DNA of 61,781 nucleotides, counting the filler, from Choristocarpus tenellus KU-1152 (taxonomy: Eukaryota > Protista > Phaeophyceae), in NCBI GenBank assembly GCA_964200185.2. It is 8 parts of 8 records of this genome, joined end to end, with 100 filler letters (N's around TTAATTAATTAA, not from the genome) between each part and the next. Parts side by side here need not be neighbours in the genome. Positions count along the whole stretch, not along the records: positions 33,720 to 53,031 come from CAXNAD020000473.1; positions 53,132 to 59,085 come from CAXNAD020009322.1; positions 59,186 to 61,781 come from CAXNAD020026432.1; 5 more parts are not named here. One strand, written 5' to 3'. The position numbers and the translations under genes were made by a program. This document shows positions 51,901 through 61,781 of the stretch, piece after piece (positions within the stretch are counted from its first letter, which is position 1; each line of letters opens with the position of its first letter). Below the pieces are notes generated by a model. The model had not been told where the DNA came from. It searched no databases and saw only the letters and a program-made list of their open reading frames with translations.

Positions 51901-52852
51901 TCACAAACCACACATAAACAGCCCTTTGAAACAAGACAAAATCGTAGGGTTCGTGACCAAGATATGAGCAAGATCCTAAGGCACACATGTAACAATACAC
52001 ATACTAGTAATAAACCCTAGTTTGTGTCAATGCTGTTTATTCTTCCAGGCAAGCATCCATGGAGCTGCAGCAGACCTTGTTGAGCATCACCTCGGGAGAG
52101 AACTTGTGCGACCTTCTGGTGCAGCTGCTGGCCTTGAAAAGGTGAGATCAGATTGCAATACATGACAGGTTCTATGTCTTTTTGTTAGGCAGGTAATGCC
52201 AGCTTATATCTTGCCGGGCTGCTGTGGCAAAGCTGAAAAACATATCTTAATCTCAGTTACGGATTCCTGCTAGATAGATATTCTCATTACAGCTGATCAA
52301 GCCTTGCCTTTCACCATTCTGAAGGTGTGCCCCTCAGATTCCTACTATGTACCATTGCTCACCCTACTTTACTTAGTACAATGAATTCCTCCTAAATTTG
52401 ACCTTGCAATATGCCTAAACTAGTTCTGACTTTGCCAACATGTGGTCCTCAGTTCCAATCGAGTATTGAGAACCAGACCTTAGAAATATCACGAGAGACA
52501 TGTGCCAGATATCTAGGGTGTTGGTGGAGCAGTAAAATATTTTTGCAGCATCCTTCCTACTCATGCAAAAAAACTGGACGTCTTCACAAAAGCAATTGAA
52601 GCACATGCTTTCCACCTGGTGTTGAAGCAATGTCTTACCTTGGCATGACTGACTTTGAGCATGCCCACTCTTACCCTTCTTCAGGTGTTTGCAGATGTCA
52701 ACTCCAAGACACCCTGTGTGTTTGTGCTTTCAGGAGGGGCTGATCCTTTGGCCTTACTTCAAACATTTGCTGCTTCCCTCGGCAAGGAGGACAACTTGCA
52801 CATGGTGTCACTTGGGCGAGGACAAGGGGACATGGCTGAAAGGGTAATCAAG
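33999..52852 (+). CDS. Axonemal inner-arm dynein heavy chain (DNAH6-like), internal ~32 exons from AAA3 to start of AAA6
   Basis: AAA3 Walker A GASGAGKT (34554-34577), [43 protein letters not shown]; AAA4 [14 protein letters not shown] and [11 protein letters not shown]; stalk with microtubule-binding domain ([16 protein letters not shown]); AAA5 RWPLLIDPQ; [16 protein letters not shown]; AAA6 FVLSGGADP and SLGRGQG. The subtype is from motif recall. Confidence 0.95.
35246..35345 (-). mobile_element. MITE family A-related partial copy
   Basis: GAGTCAAAGCATTTAAGAGGGTAGGAGTTTTGCCCTGTTTGTCC matches the end of the 44606 variant; the other end was not found. Confidence 0.7.
37782..38039 (-). mobile_element. 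MITE family A, full copy in dynein intron
   Basis: Both TIRs present; only 3-bp AAT is duplicated. Confidence 0.9.
40504..40755 (+). mobile_element. MITE family A, full copy in dynein intron
   Basis: TIRs and 4-bp TSD AGTC. Confidence 0.92.
44606..44875 (-). mobile_element. MITE family A variant with GACCC/GGGTC termini
   Basis: TIRs GACCCAAAACATTTAAGAGGGT / ACCCTCTTAATTGCTTTGGGTC, TSD TGGA, family A interior. Confidence 0.85.
44908..45166 (-). mobile_element. MITE family A, full copy
   Basis: TIRs present; AAT duplicated; 32 bp from the previous copy. Confidence 0.9.
51024..51286 (+). mobile_element. MITE family A, full copy
   Basis: TIRs and TSD GGCC; right TIR reads ACCCTAACCCTAAG. Confidence 0.92.
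51664..51902 (+). mobile_element. MITE family A, copy with small internal deletion
   Basis: TIRs and TSD ACAA. Confidence 0.92.
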
Positions 52853-52882
52853 GTCAGTACTAAAACGATGACCTCAACACAT

Positions 52883-53031
52883 GAGTGAAAGTATCTTAGA
52901 GGGTACAAGTTTTGCCCTGTTTGTCCGTTTGGGGCTTGGCTTCCATGGTTTTTAAAGATATTTAACCTATTTTGGAGTGGATAAAATGTATACGTTATGA
53001 AAAGGTGTGTCTGGAACAAGGATATTGACAC
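52883..53031 (-). mobile_element. MITE family A, cut by contig end
   Basis: Starts GAGTGAAAGTATCTTAGAGGGTAC. Confidence 0.9.
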
Positions 53032-53131
53032 NNNNNNNNNNNNNNNNNNNNNNNNNNNNNNNNNNNNNNNNNNNNTTAATTAATTAANNNNNNNNNNNNN
53101 NNNNNNNNNNNNNNNNNNNNNNNNNNNNNNN
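53032..53131. other. Artificial contig linker
   Basis: Same spacer. Confidence 0.99.
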
Positions 53132-53180
53132 ACAAATATATTTACTAATCCTCCTTCTTCCGCTATCTATAATTTTTTTG

Positions 53181-53318
53181 GGGGGGGGGGGGGGGCTGTC
53201 AATTCAGGGTCCATTTTTCCATGTCACGATGTTTGAGAGATTTGGTTGCATGTGTTGAATGGATGATGTAAGTCCATTTCTCCTCCTGGTCAGGACCCGA
53301 CTGGACACCCTGGGGTAG

Positions 53319-53349
<31 letters not shown>

Positions 53350-53352
53350 TAT
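53181..53352 (-). mobile_element. MITE family B, degenerate copy
   Basis: Interior is the reverse complement of 4447-4628 (CCATTTTTCCATGTCACGAT...TTTGGTTGCATG...GGACACC...GTAGAC); ends eroded, boundaries approximate. Confidence 0.7.
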
Positions 53353-53994
53353 GGGGTTTTTTTCTCCTTCTGGTCGTTGACAATGCTGTACTGCTCCTGC
53401 TACAATCAAGAATGTCTCCCTAACCCTAACCCTAACATTTGGAACAGAGTAGCACCTACTTGCCTACCCCCCATAAACCAGCTGTCCTACCCATATGATA
53501 AGACTCACTCTCTCTGGGTTCAATAGGCCTTCTGTATAGCGCCAGTCTGCACTCACACTGTCATAACTATCACTTGACTGCTGTGGGTGTGAACTGAACT
53601 TCTCCACCACGAGATACTGATGAACAGATTGATCACTCCAAAGCCAAAAAGCACAAAGGGAAGACACTCGGAGAGTATGGCGTTTGATGTCACCAGAATG
53701 AACACGCCTCATCGAATATTATAAGACCCATCCAAGCCTTGCAATATTATCACCCACCTCCTCAGATTGAGAAGGGGGGGGGGTAATGTCTACAAAAAAT
53801 AAAATATGGCATGTGGAGTTTTAGAACAGAAGACTACTATTGAGGTTAGGGTTCCAATTGCACTTTTTATTACTTAGCAACAACATTATTTTTTGTGTTA
53901 TTCTTGAATATGCTATTGTTAACATATATTTGTTATTTGTATTGCAATTATTCGTGTGTTTGTTTGGTTGGTTGGTTGGTTGATTGATTGACAG

Positions 53995-55095
53995 ATTGTG
54001 GCAAGCTGTAATGTGAACTGGGAAACCTTTGGTCTGGATGTGATCTCGACGGAGGACCTGGATACCAACGATCATGGTATACCCATGCCCGACTCAGTCT
54101 CTGCCTCCGGGACTGCAGAGGACGAGGGTTTGAACAGCGAGGACTTGATGAGGCGGAGCAATGTTTTGATGGCATTTGTGGCATACTTCATTGTCCTCTT
54201 CCCAGCAATTGATGTAACCTCCGTGTACCCTTTGAACGTCATGGTGGGTGAACAAACCGGACCGCCTTCATTTCTTCAAGGAGGGGGAGGGTATCAACAA
54301 CCCACTTTTAGTGTCTCTTTAGTATCTCTTTAGTGTCTTAGTCACTAAGACACGCTCTCTCTCTCTCTGGGTTAGGGTTAGGGTTAGGGTCACGCTCTCT
54401 CTCTCTCTCTCTCTTCTCGGGGCATCCGGCTACCTCACACATATACACGTACTCCACTGTATTGTTATTTGTGTCTCTGTGTGTATGTCTATGCAATTCT
54501 TACACTTTTTTTGCTTTTTTTTTTTTGGGGGGGGGGGGGGGGGGGAGGTGTGGGTGCGGGGGGGGGGGGGGGGGGGCCTTTACCCCGTTCCTTTTTTTTT
54601 TTTGTTTTTTTTTTTTTTTTTTTTTCCTCTTTCCGCTTTTTTTTTTTTTTTTTTTTTTGGGGGGGGGGGGGGGAGGAAGTTGTGCGTGCCGTGGCGGTGA
54701 TGGAGCGGCCTTTACCTCGTTACCTTATTCTGTCAGTGCCAACGCCTTCCCCAATATCCCCACTTGTCCTATCTGTTTTTTTGTCTTAATGATGTTTGTG
54801 TATGTATGTATGTATGTATGTATGTATGCCTGCGGTACAATCATGAAGGTTCTGGCTAGCAACATGATGGCAATGGTATACAACGATAGGGTTGACAAGG
54901 CGGAGAGCGATGGTGTGATTGTGAAGACCTTCAGGATAGCATGTGCCGCCCCTCCCATACTATGTGCCCTCCTCTTTCGAGATCTGACCAGGATTGTTGA
55001 CTACGCTGGTGAGAGGATAAGAGGGTTAAGGGTTAGAACCCTTTTCTTTTTCTTCTACCGTGGTGTAGTTTTTTATATTTTTGTAGGTGTCCATT

Positions 55096-55179
<84 letters not shown>

Positions 55180-56363
55180 AGCTGAATCTGAATCTGAATG
55201 TGTACAATCTACCTGTCTGGCGCATTGCCAATGATCTTTCCTGTCAAATTGCTGTCCCTATCTGTCAGGTTGTTGTCAGTCAGTATCTCTCAAATCGATT
55301 TTCTCTATCTGTCAATCATTGTTATCCTCTGGTTAAGTGTATGTTTGTTACCCTTTCCGGTTGGATCAACTGTATGCCTTGTGTTATCTGATAACTCTTG
55401 TCACTGAATTGGAACCATTCTATCAGGTATGCCCATGTCTCTATTCTAGAACATTCTCTGCAGTATCTCTTGTTTCTCTTATTGGCGCAGAGGGCAACCT
55501 GTTTCAGCTCACACAACAGTGTCTTACACATCTCTAACGCTTGTGACCTCATGGACTGTCTCTCTAGGCTGGAGGAGAAATTGGGTACTCAGGTGTACCC
55601 TAAATTGTTAGTGTCTGTCTCCATTCTGTATGTTTCTATATGCCTGATATCTATTACTGTCTCTGACTGTCAACTCATAGATCTATGTTTCTTTTTTAAT
55701 GGCAATTGTACTGAATGTCCTAACCCTAACCATAGATACGCATATTATATACATTTTAGATCTCTTTTTGACTTGTTATATTTATTTATTTATCCCTCTG
55801 TGTGATTCAACAGGTGGAATGGCGTTGATTGTTGCCTTGGTGATACCAGGCTACCTCAATCACATCTCACAGGTACTTTTGAAAAAATTTCATAGTGCGC
55901 TAAATACAAATCATTATTATTTCTTTTATTATTATGGTGCAATACATGAACAGCTAGCATTCTGGGAAATTTTGTCCAAATTTTTTTTGGGGGGGGAGGG
56001 AGGGCTGAATTTAAAGATCTACTGGAGATGTGATACTCAGAGGGAAGCCTTACCCAAACCCTCACAAGAAACCCCATTTTGTATACACTATCAAGTACAA
56101 GGTACGTAAGTTCGAGTGAACCATCATTTGTGTTGGTACCATCTGCTGAAAGATTTGTTCTTTTTCTTACATGCTAACCCTAACCCTAACCCTGATGTTA
56201 AATGTAGGTCATGTGTGAAGAAAGGTTTGGCACCAGTCAAACACCATACTCAGGCCGCTTCTCCTCATCAAAAGTGGTCTTGTTCACCGTGATGGCCTTA
56301 GGAGCAGTCATCTTTGGGACTCTTGTGGTCTCCGACATTGTCAACATAGTTCGAGGGGATTGA
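53995..56363 (+). CDS. Amino-acid/auxin-permease-like membrane transporter (TMEM104-like), last four exons
   Basis: Exons 53995-54243, 54849-55008, 55814-55872 and 56208-56363 join in phase; four hydrophobic segments (YFIVLFPAIDVTSVYPLN, FRIACAAPPILCALLF, YAGGMALIVALVIPG, VVLFTVMALGAVIFG). Confidence 0.72.
54369..54390 (+). repeat. Interstitial (TTAGGG)n flanked by an 18-bp direct repeat
   Basis: CACGCTCTCTCTCTCTCT at both 54351-54368 and 54391-54408. Confidence 0.85.
55097..55178. repeat. (CT)n microsatellite
   Basis: About 40 units. Confidence 0.95.
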
Positions 56364-58808
56364 ACAAGGCTAGGCTTGTCCAGCTTGAGGGGAGAGAGGC
56401 AATTGGGGTGTTGCCCTGCTTTACAGAAATTTGCTGAGGAAGATCTCTCTGGTGTTGCTCTTAGGGGTACCTCAGATTTGATTAAGCATTGATAGATGAC
56501 GGGATGGTTTGGGGTGTGTGAGGGAACGTAGTTCTCTAATGGTGCTTGGGTTAGGGTTTTCAATCTTTCATGAGGCATTGTCCCTCAGTGTATGAAGTAG
56601 ATTGGTTGGATGATTGGTCGTTGTTTCTGATGGATGATGATGTAACGTTTTTGAACCACTGAATCATTTATTAACTTTTTTGAGTTTGTGTGATTTGAAG
56701 TTGGAGTTGCTATTATATTAGTATGTAGGTGTGAAAAAAAAGTTAAATTATTTTCTTTGTTCACTCTCTCGGTTCAAGGTTGAATAGGATCAGGATGAAG
56801 CCCCCCACTGTTTTCATGACACACGACCTTTACCCCTCACTCTGTCACTCTTTTCTTGACCACACTTTATACTCACCAAACTGCCCCAGTGTGTGTTCTA
56901 CACTCTACCCCATGGGTAAGGTAGCATTGTGCTGCCAGGAATGCTTGAGTGCGTGTGACTAGTTAGATATTTTTTGCAGAAAACGCAATGGGGTTAGGGA
57001 TGTGATACCCTTGTTTTTTCTTCTTAGTCCATCGGTATATAGCTATTAACTACTAGTCATTATTCCTACTATTCTGGTATAATACTTTTTAGTTCTTTTT
57101 CTGATCACGTTCTCCCTTAGTTTTAAACATGACCAAGTCATCTGCTACTGGGTAGTTGTTGGTGGTGTATTTTCTGCAACACCTTCTACCCTTCCACCCC
57201 CCAGCCAGCCCCACACAACCAGCTAGTGGGATCGCGAAGAGAGATGACATAAGTGGAGGTTATGTAGGTGTGTGTTCAAGGACAAGATTTGGTTGATTAG
57301 AGTCCCCTTGTTCTGATGTATGGTAAGGTGTGCTATTACACGCGTTTGGCAATCTTTCTCATACCTATTTTAGATCTTTTCTTGGAGTGGGGATAGCGGA
57401 TATTTCTCTATTCTCACCTTCATGGCTGGGCTGTTGGGATTCAATGTTTCTGGTTGATGGGGTGGTTGCTCCTCAATGCGCAGTCTATGTTTCCTTTCAC
57501 TTGTTGGACTTTGGATGATGGCATAATTCATCCACCCCATTTCCAGAAAACCAGTCAACAGACCCACCATTGCCCTGCGTTTATTATGGTGTTCTGGTTT
57601 TATTATTGAAGTGTCTATGCATTTTTAGTTCCACCAATATTGATAATACTTTACTATATGGAGTAGTTGGAATTACATTAATTATTTTCTAATGGAATTG
57701 TGATATTCATTGCACATCCAGTCCGTTTTATGTATTTGTGTATCCTGTAGTATATGTCAAAAGTTTTGAACGCTATTCTCATTATGAATCGAAATGGGGT
57801 TTTTTTCATCCTCCAGAAATATCCGTTTTCTGTACCAGAGCACGCTGTGGGCGTTTTTTTAGTTCAATTTCCCCAACACTATTGATTGTACAGAATAGGT
57901 GTCTTATATGTGCATGCTGCCTGCTTTGCCTCTGCTTGCGTTAGAGCATTTGTTGGACTTCGGGATTGATTGAGACTTCCTCACAGGGTGCTGCAGCAAG
58001 TACAAAGACTAAAAACACAAAATCGTTACCCACACCCATATAGCTTGAGCGACACCATTGATCGCCATAGTTCCAGGTTCTAGAATGTCAGGTGGAGCCT
58101 CAAGAACTTACAAGATTACTGCTAATACTGCCGAGGAGAGAAAGAAATTTCCTGTAAAACAAGAAAGTGTTTGATGATGACATCAATGAGTTCCATTTCT
58201 TTAAGAAAGCCGTCTTCCGTGCCCAGGTCATGGCAAATCCATGGAGAAAGAAAATATCCCTCCAGATATGACCTCTAACATGTCATGCTATTGGAGAGAT
58301 ATCCGACTCTGAAGGACTGGCTGACGAAGGATCAGAACGACAACCTTCCTTGCAGTTGATGCACTGCATATTAAGAAAAGATCTTGTTAACTACTGAGAT
58401 ACCACTGTTTGACAAGATCAAATCAGGAAGATGGAAGGGGTTGTGGGAGGATGAGGAATGGGAGCAGTTGTTTCTGAGGTTCGAGCAAGTTTTTGTGCTG
58501 TCTCAGTCATTTGTGTAAATTCAAAGCAAAACAGGGTATGTATGATGGTGCGTTTTCAATTTGGGGAAGGTACAAAATAATTCGTTTTTTTCCAGGATAC
58601 AAGGTATCTCCTCCGCCCCATCTGATGAGCTAACATTGGTGTTGATGACTGTACTTGCTGGATGGTGGTCATCGCGAACCATTAGAATGTGTATATAAAT
58701 TGTGTTCCACTTTCCTTCTAACTACTATGTTGAATCTTCAATCAGATCGGAAATCAAAGCATGCTGGTCCAGTACAGGCGTACACTAACCAAGCGTTTTA
58801 GTATTTCT

Positions 58809-58988
58809 GACCCAAAGTATCTGGAGGGCGAGGGCAGTCTACACCAGGGTGTCCATTTAGGCCATAACCAAGAAAAGTGCACTCAGATTATTCATCCGAA
58901 GCATGCAACCAAATCACCCCAAAATCGCAACATAATAAAAATGGCTCCCAATTAGACAGTCGCCACCCTCCCTCAGACACTTTGCGCC
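58809..58988 (+). mobile_element. MITE family B, full copy
   Basis: TIRs GACCCAAAGTATCTG / CAGACACTTTGCGCC, TSD TTCT. Confidence 0.85.
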
Positions 58989-59085
58989 TTCTTTATTCAC
59001 TTTGTGAGTGGTACGGACAACCACTCAACCACACCATGTAACAGGGGATCCTCAAAATTGAGGAAGGCGCGGGACTATGAGGATG

Positions 59086-59185
59086 NNNNNNNNNNNNNNN
59101 NNNNNNNNNNNNNNNNNNNNNNNNNNNNNTTAATTAATTAANNNNNNNNNNNNNNNNNNNNNNNNNNNNNNNNNNNNNNNNNNNN
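59086..59185. other. Artificial contig linker
   Basis: Same spacer. Confidence 0.99.
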
Positions 59186-59347
59186 GGTGGCGGCTGTCCA
59201 TTTGGGGCCATTTTTTCATGTCGCGATATTTGAGTGATTTGGTTCCAAACGTTGGATGGATAATGAAAGTGCACTTTTCCTGGTTTTGGTCCAAATGGAC
59301 ACTCTGGTGTAGACCCCCCTTCCCCCACCCCCCAGATACTTTGGGTC
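59186..59347 (-). mobile_element. MITE family B, cut by contig start, inserted in a LINE remnant
   Basis: Ends CAGATACTTTGGGTC, directly against the LINE-like ORF. Confidence 0.85.
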
Positions 59348-59765
59348 ACTCCAGCTTAAAATGGATGACACATATAGAGAGTACCACTTGTGTAGTTACT
59401 GAGACAATTTGGCGTAGCCAGGATTTAAACGTTCCTTTCCGGCTATATCCTCCAGTTCCTCTTCCTCCTACCATGTGTGCAGCCAGCTCATCCAGGAAGC
59501 ATCCCGCTTGCTTGCTGGGGCGCCCAAAACTTTCCACTACGGAGTTGTTGAGGATATAACTACGAGGATCAAAAGAGCCTTCATAGTGGATGCGCTTTCG
59601 CGCCTCAGCTGCAGTAGCTACACCATTGTTGGTGGATGAGTGTGCAACATGAGAGTTTGCCTGCACTTCTGCAAATGTAACATCTAGCAGAAGGCCTTTG
59701 TCCCAGTAGGGAGCAGTTTCAGCGTCCACCAGTGCCCCTGCATGGAAAACTAGATCCATGCAGAG
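59348..59765 (-). mobile_element. 5'-truncated non-LTR retrotransposon remnant, restriction-like endonuclease domain (CRE/R2/NeSL-type)
   Basis: MDLVF...LLDVT...AEARKRIHY...VVESFG fits the PD..D..K..Y..E.G pattern; intronless; a second diverged copy lies at 61595-61781. Confidence 0.7.
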
Positions 59766-60854
59766 ATTTTTGTCTACTGTGAAGGGGATGACACTAGTAA
59801 AGTGGGACCAGTAGCTTCGCGGTCTGTGACAATCTTGAATTTTTTCACGTGCAGCCGCAACAGATATACAATAACATATATATATATATATATCAAATGA
59901 AAGGGTATGACAAGAGCTTTTGAAGGTTTGTATCCACTAATATCCAGGCTGCGGGGAATGGGAACTATATCCGGATCAAATAATGGAAATAATGCGGGGG
60001 AATATCTCTGGCGCAATTTTGAGGGTGACGACTTCATAACGGACAAAATGAAGTGGTTGGCTGAACTCCTTGCAGAAACCTGGTCCGGGATAGGTCCCTG
60101 CCCAAGATTGGTTGGTGCGGCTGTACCGAAAAACGTTTCAAGATTTCCGGACATCTTCTTAACGCCTTTTGCAGACTTTCTGTGAACACACACACAGGTG
60201 ACCCACACAGCAATGTGGACCACGACGGTGAGAAAAGGAGAGCCACCAAGGCCACTCTGCCCTCTGGATCTACCCTCGGCACCTTTTCTGTGGAGAGGCG
60301 ACCAAAAAACAATTACCGTGTGACATTTGGTGCGATGTTAGGCGACGAGAAAGTGCGTGTACTCTGGCGCAGCAGCATGATCAAATCGCGCAATAGATCA
60401 CGCGGTCGCAACACTGACGCTGAGAGAAGATGCATTGAAAGCATTATCACACAACCGTGGTTGGATCTTCAACCACGTCGGAGCACTGCTCTGCAGTCTC
60501 TGCCGCCTCGGGAAAGCAGGAAGAGAGCAGCGAGTCCATCACCAGGTGTGGTACAGCGACAAAGTCTATGGGGAAGCCTGGTCACGGCGGGCGAAGGGAG
60601 AACCAGAGTGAACGGCCAAAGGAAAGGTTGGGGAGGAGAGCAGTGCGACTGCGTGCCATTGTGCTCAGGAATGCCTAAGCGAAAACCCGGGTGTAGAATA
60701 TCTTAGTAGTGGACAGTTGCCACAGGCCCTAGCTGTTTGGAAGCTATGTGAGCCAGAGGGGCCTAGGAAACGAGAAAGAAGGTGTTAGGGTTGGGCTACA
60801 AGGGCTCTGAAGCCCGAAAGAAGGTAACCTTTTTCCGGTGCTCGACGAGGAAAT

Positions 60855-61163
60855 GTGATAGTAAAGACTCTAACACTACGAATCTTGTATCAGTGTACGA
60901 ACGAAGGGAAAGACCGTCAAACGGCGCTCGAGATGGCAGCAGGATATGCGATGGTCAGGTCGGAAACTGTGAGTAAATGGGAGAGAGACTTCCTAACTAA
61001 GGGTCACATCAAGGACTCGGAGCAAGGGCGAGACGAGAGGCGTTTCGTTCTGGGCCTCGACGAGGACATCCTTGCCGAGGTCAAAGAGTGGGTTCGCGAA
61101 AACACAGGAAGAAAGGGTAGGGAGGCTTTTTTCCCACCTAAACCCTATACTTTAATCAAGTAA
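60855..61163 (+). mobile_element. Probable DNA-transposase N-terminal helix-turn-helix fragment (truncated)
   Basis: ETVSKWERDFLTKGHIKDSEQGR...DEDILAEVKEWVREN resembles the HTH region of IS630/Tc1/mariner-like eukaryotic transposases; upstream frames are broken and no DDE domain is visible. Confidence 0.5.
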
Positions 61164-61594
61164 TAGTGTATCTGTTGCCACTCTTGGTGACCTACAATCC
61201 GGGGTTCGAACCCCAAAGTGACCGACCGATCTTTCATCAAAAAAATAAAGAAAATAGTGAAAAACAAAAAAGGAAGCCCGTACCCTGAAGGACATTGTGA
61301 CGGGCATCACGAATATGCTTTTATTTTTTAAATCCGATGTAAAAATTATGAAGAGACAACCCCAGACGCGTAACTTACTGGTACCACAATATAATTTATT
61401 ATGCCCTCCGACATTTTGCAGATGTGTCAGGGGGAATACAAACGAAATCTATACATATGTCAGTGTGAGCCCTAAAGAAATAAAATACCATAAACGTCAA
61501 AAACACTATAAAACATTGTGAGTGTGAAAAACACTAATCTGTTACTTCACCACTATCAATATTGTACTACTACCTTCGTGTGCTTCCCATCTAC

Positions 61595-61781
61595 CTACTC
61601 CTGTGCCTTGTGGGGGGGAGCTAGGGAGGCATCCCAAGAATCCAACAAACCCTTCAATGCCCATCTCTCTGGTGACTCTAGTTTAAAGCGCATGACACGT
61701 CTAGAAAATGCCACTTGCGTAGTCACCGAAACAATTTGGCGTAGCCGGGATTTAACTACTCCTTTCCTGCGATATCCTCCC
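61595..61781 (-). mobile_element. Second copy of the RLE LINE, 3' end of ORF
   Basis: GGYRRKGVVKSRLRQIVSVTTQVAFSRRVMRFKLE matches the translation of 59348-59455; the frame continues to TAG at 61597-61595. Confidence 0.75.

Noticed and set aside
54512-54675. Long poly-T/poly-G tracts (also poly-C/G at ~8024, ~13945, ~17079) as structured elements
   Set aside because: Homopolymers, often at contig ends, where sequence quality is doubtful.
54462-55391. 309-aa ORF as a gene
   Set aside because: Mostly poly-T/poly-G and (CT)n read-through; only 54849-55008 is a real exon.
57900-58450. Possible minus-strand terminal exon
   Set aside because: Short frames and no motif support.
8086-59185. Recurrent TTAATTAATTAA within N runs as a biological repeat; gene neighbourhood across the window as a cluster
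   Set aside because: Fixed 100-bp concatenation linker; the contigs are not known to be adjacent.

Overview
Eukaryotic, intron-rich genomic DNA, not prokaryotic. The window is eight separate contigs joined by artificial 100-bp linkers (44 N + TTAATTAATTAA + 44 N), so adjacency across linkers is meaningless. Exons could be assembled by splice site and phase for UTP15 (5' part), a diacylglycerol kinase (accessory domain), a complete TRAPPC1/BET5, a coiled-coil gene divergent from it, an EHD-family ATPase (3' part), about 19 kb of an axonemal inner-arm dynein heavy chain (DNAH6-like), a TMEM104-like transporter (3' part) and several unidentified genes. TTAGGG repeats, a flagellar dynein and the intron style suggest an ochrophyte such as a brown alga or relative (inference only). 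The non-coding DNA holds two related MITE families with 4-bp target duplications, remnants of a restriction-like-endonuclease LINE and a probable transposase fragment. The most notable signals are: (1) more than 25 short interstitial telomere arrays, one flanked by a direct repeat, two telomere-like insertions inside MITE termini, and several sitting at intron branch-point positions; (2) frequent GC-AG introns; (3) roughly 60-aa insertions in dynein AAA3 and AAA5. I see no well-supported new multi-gene system.
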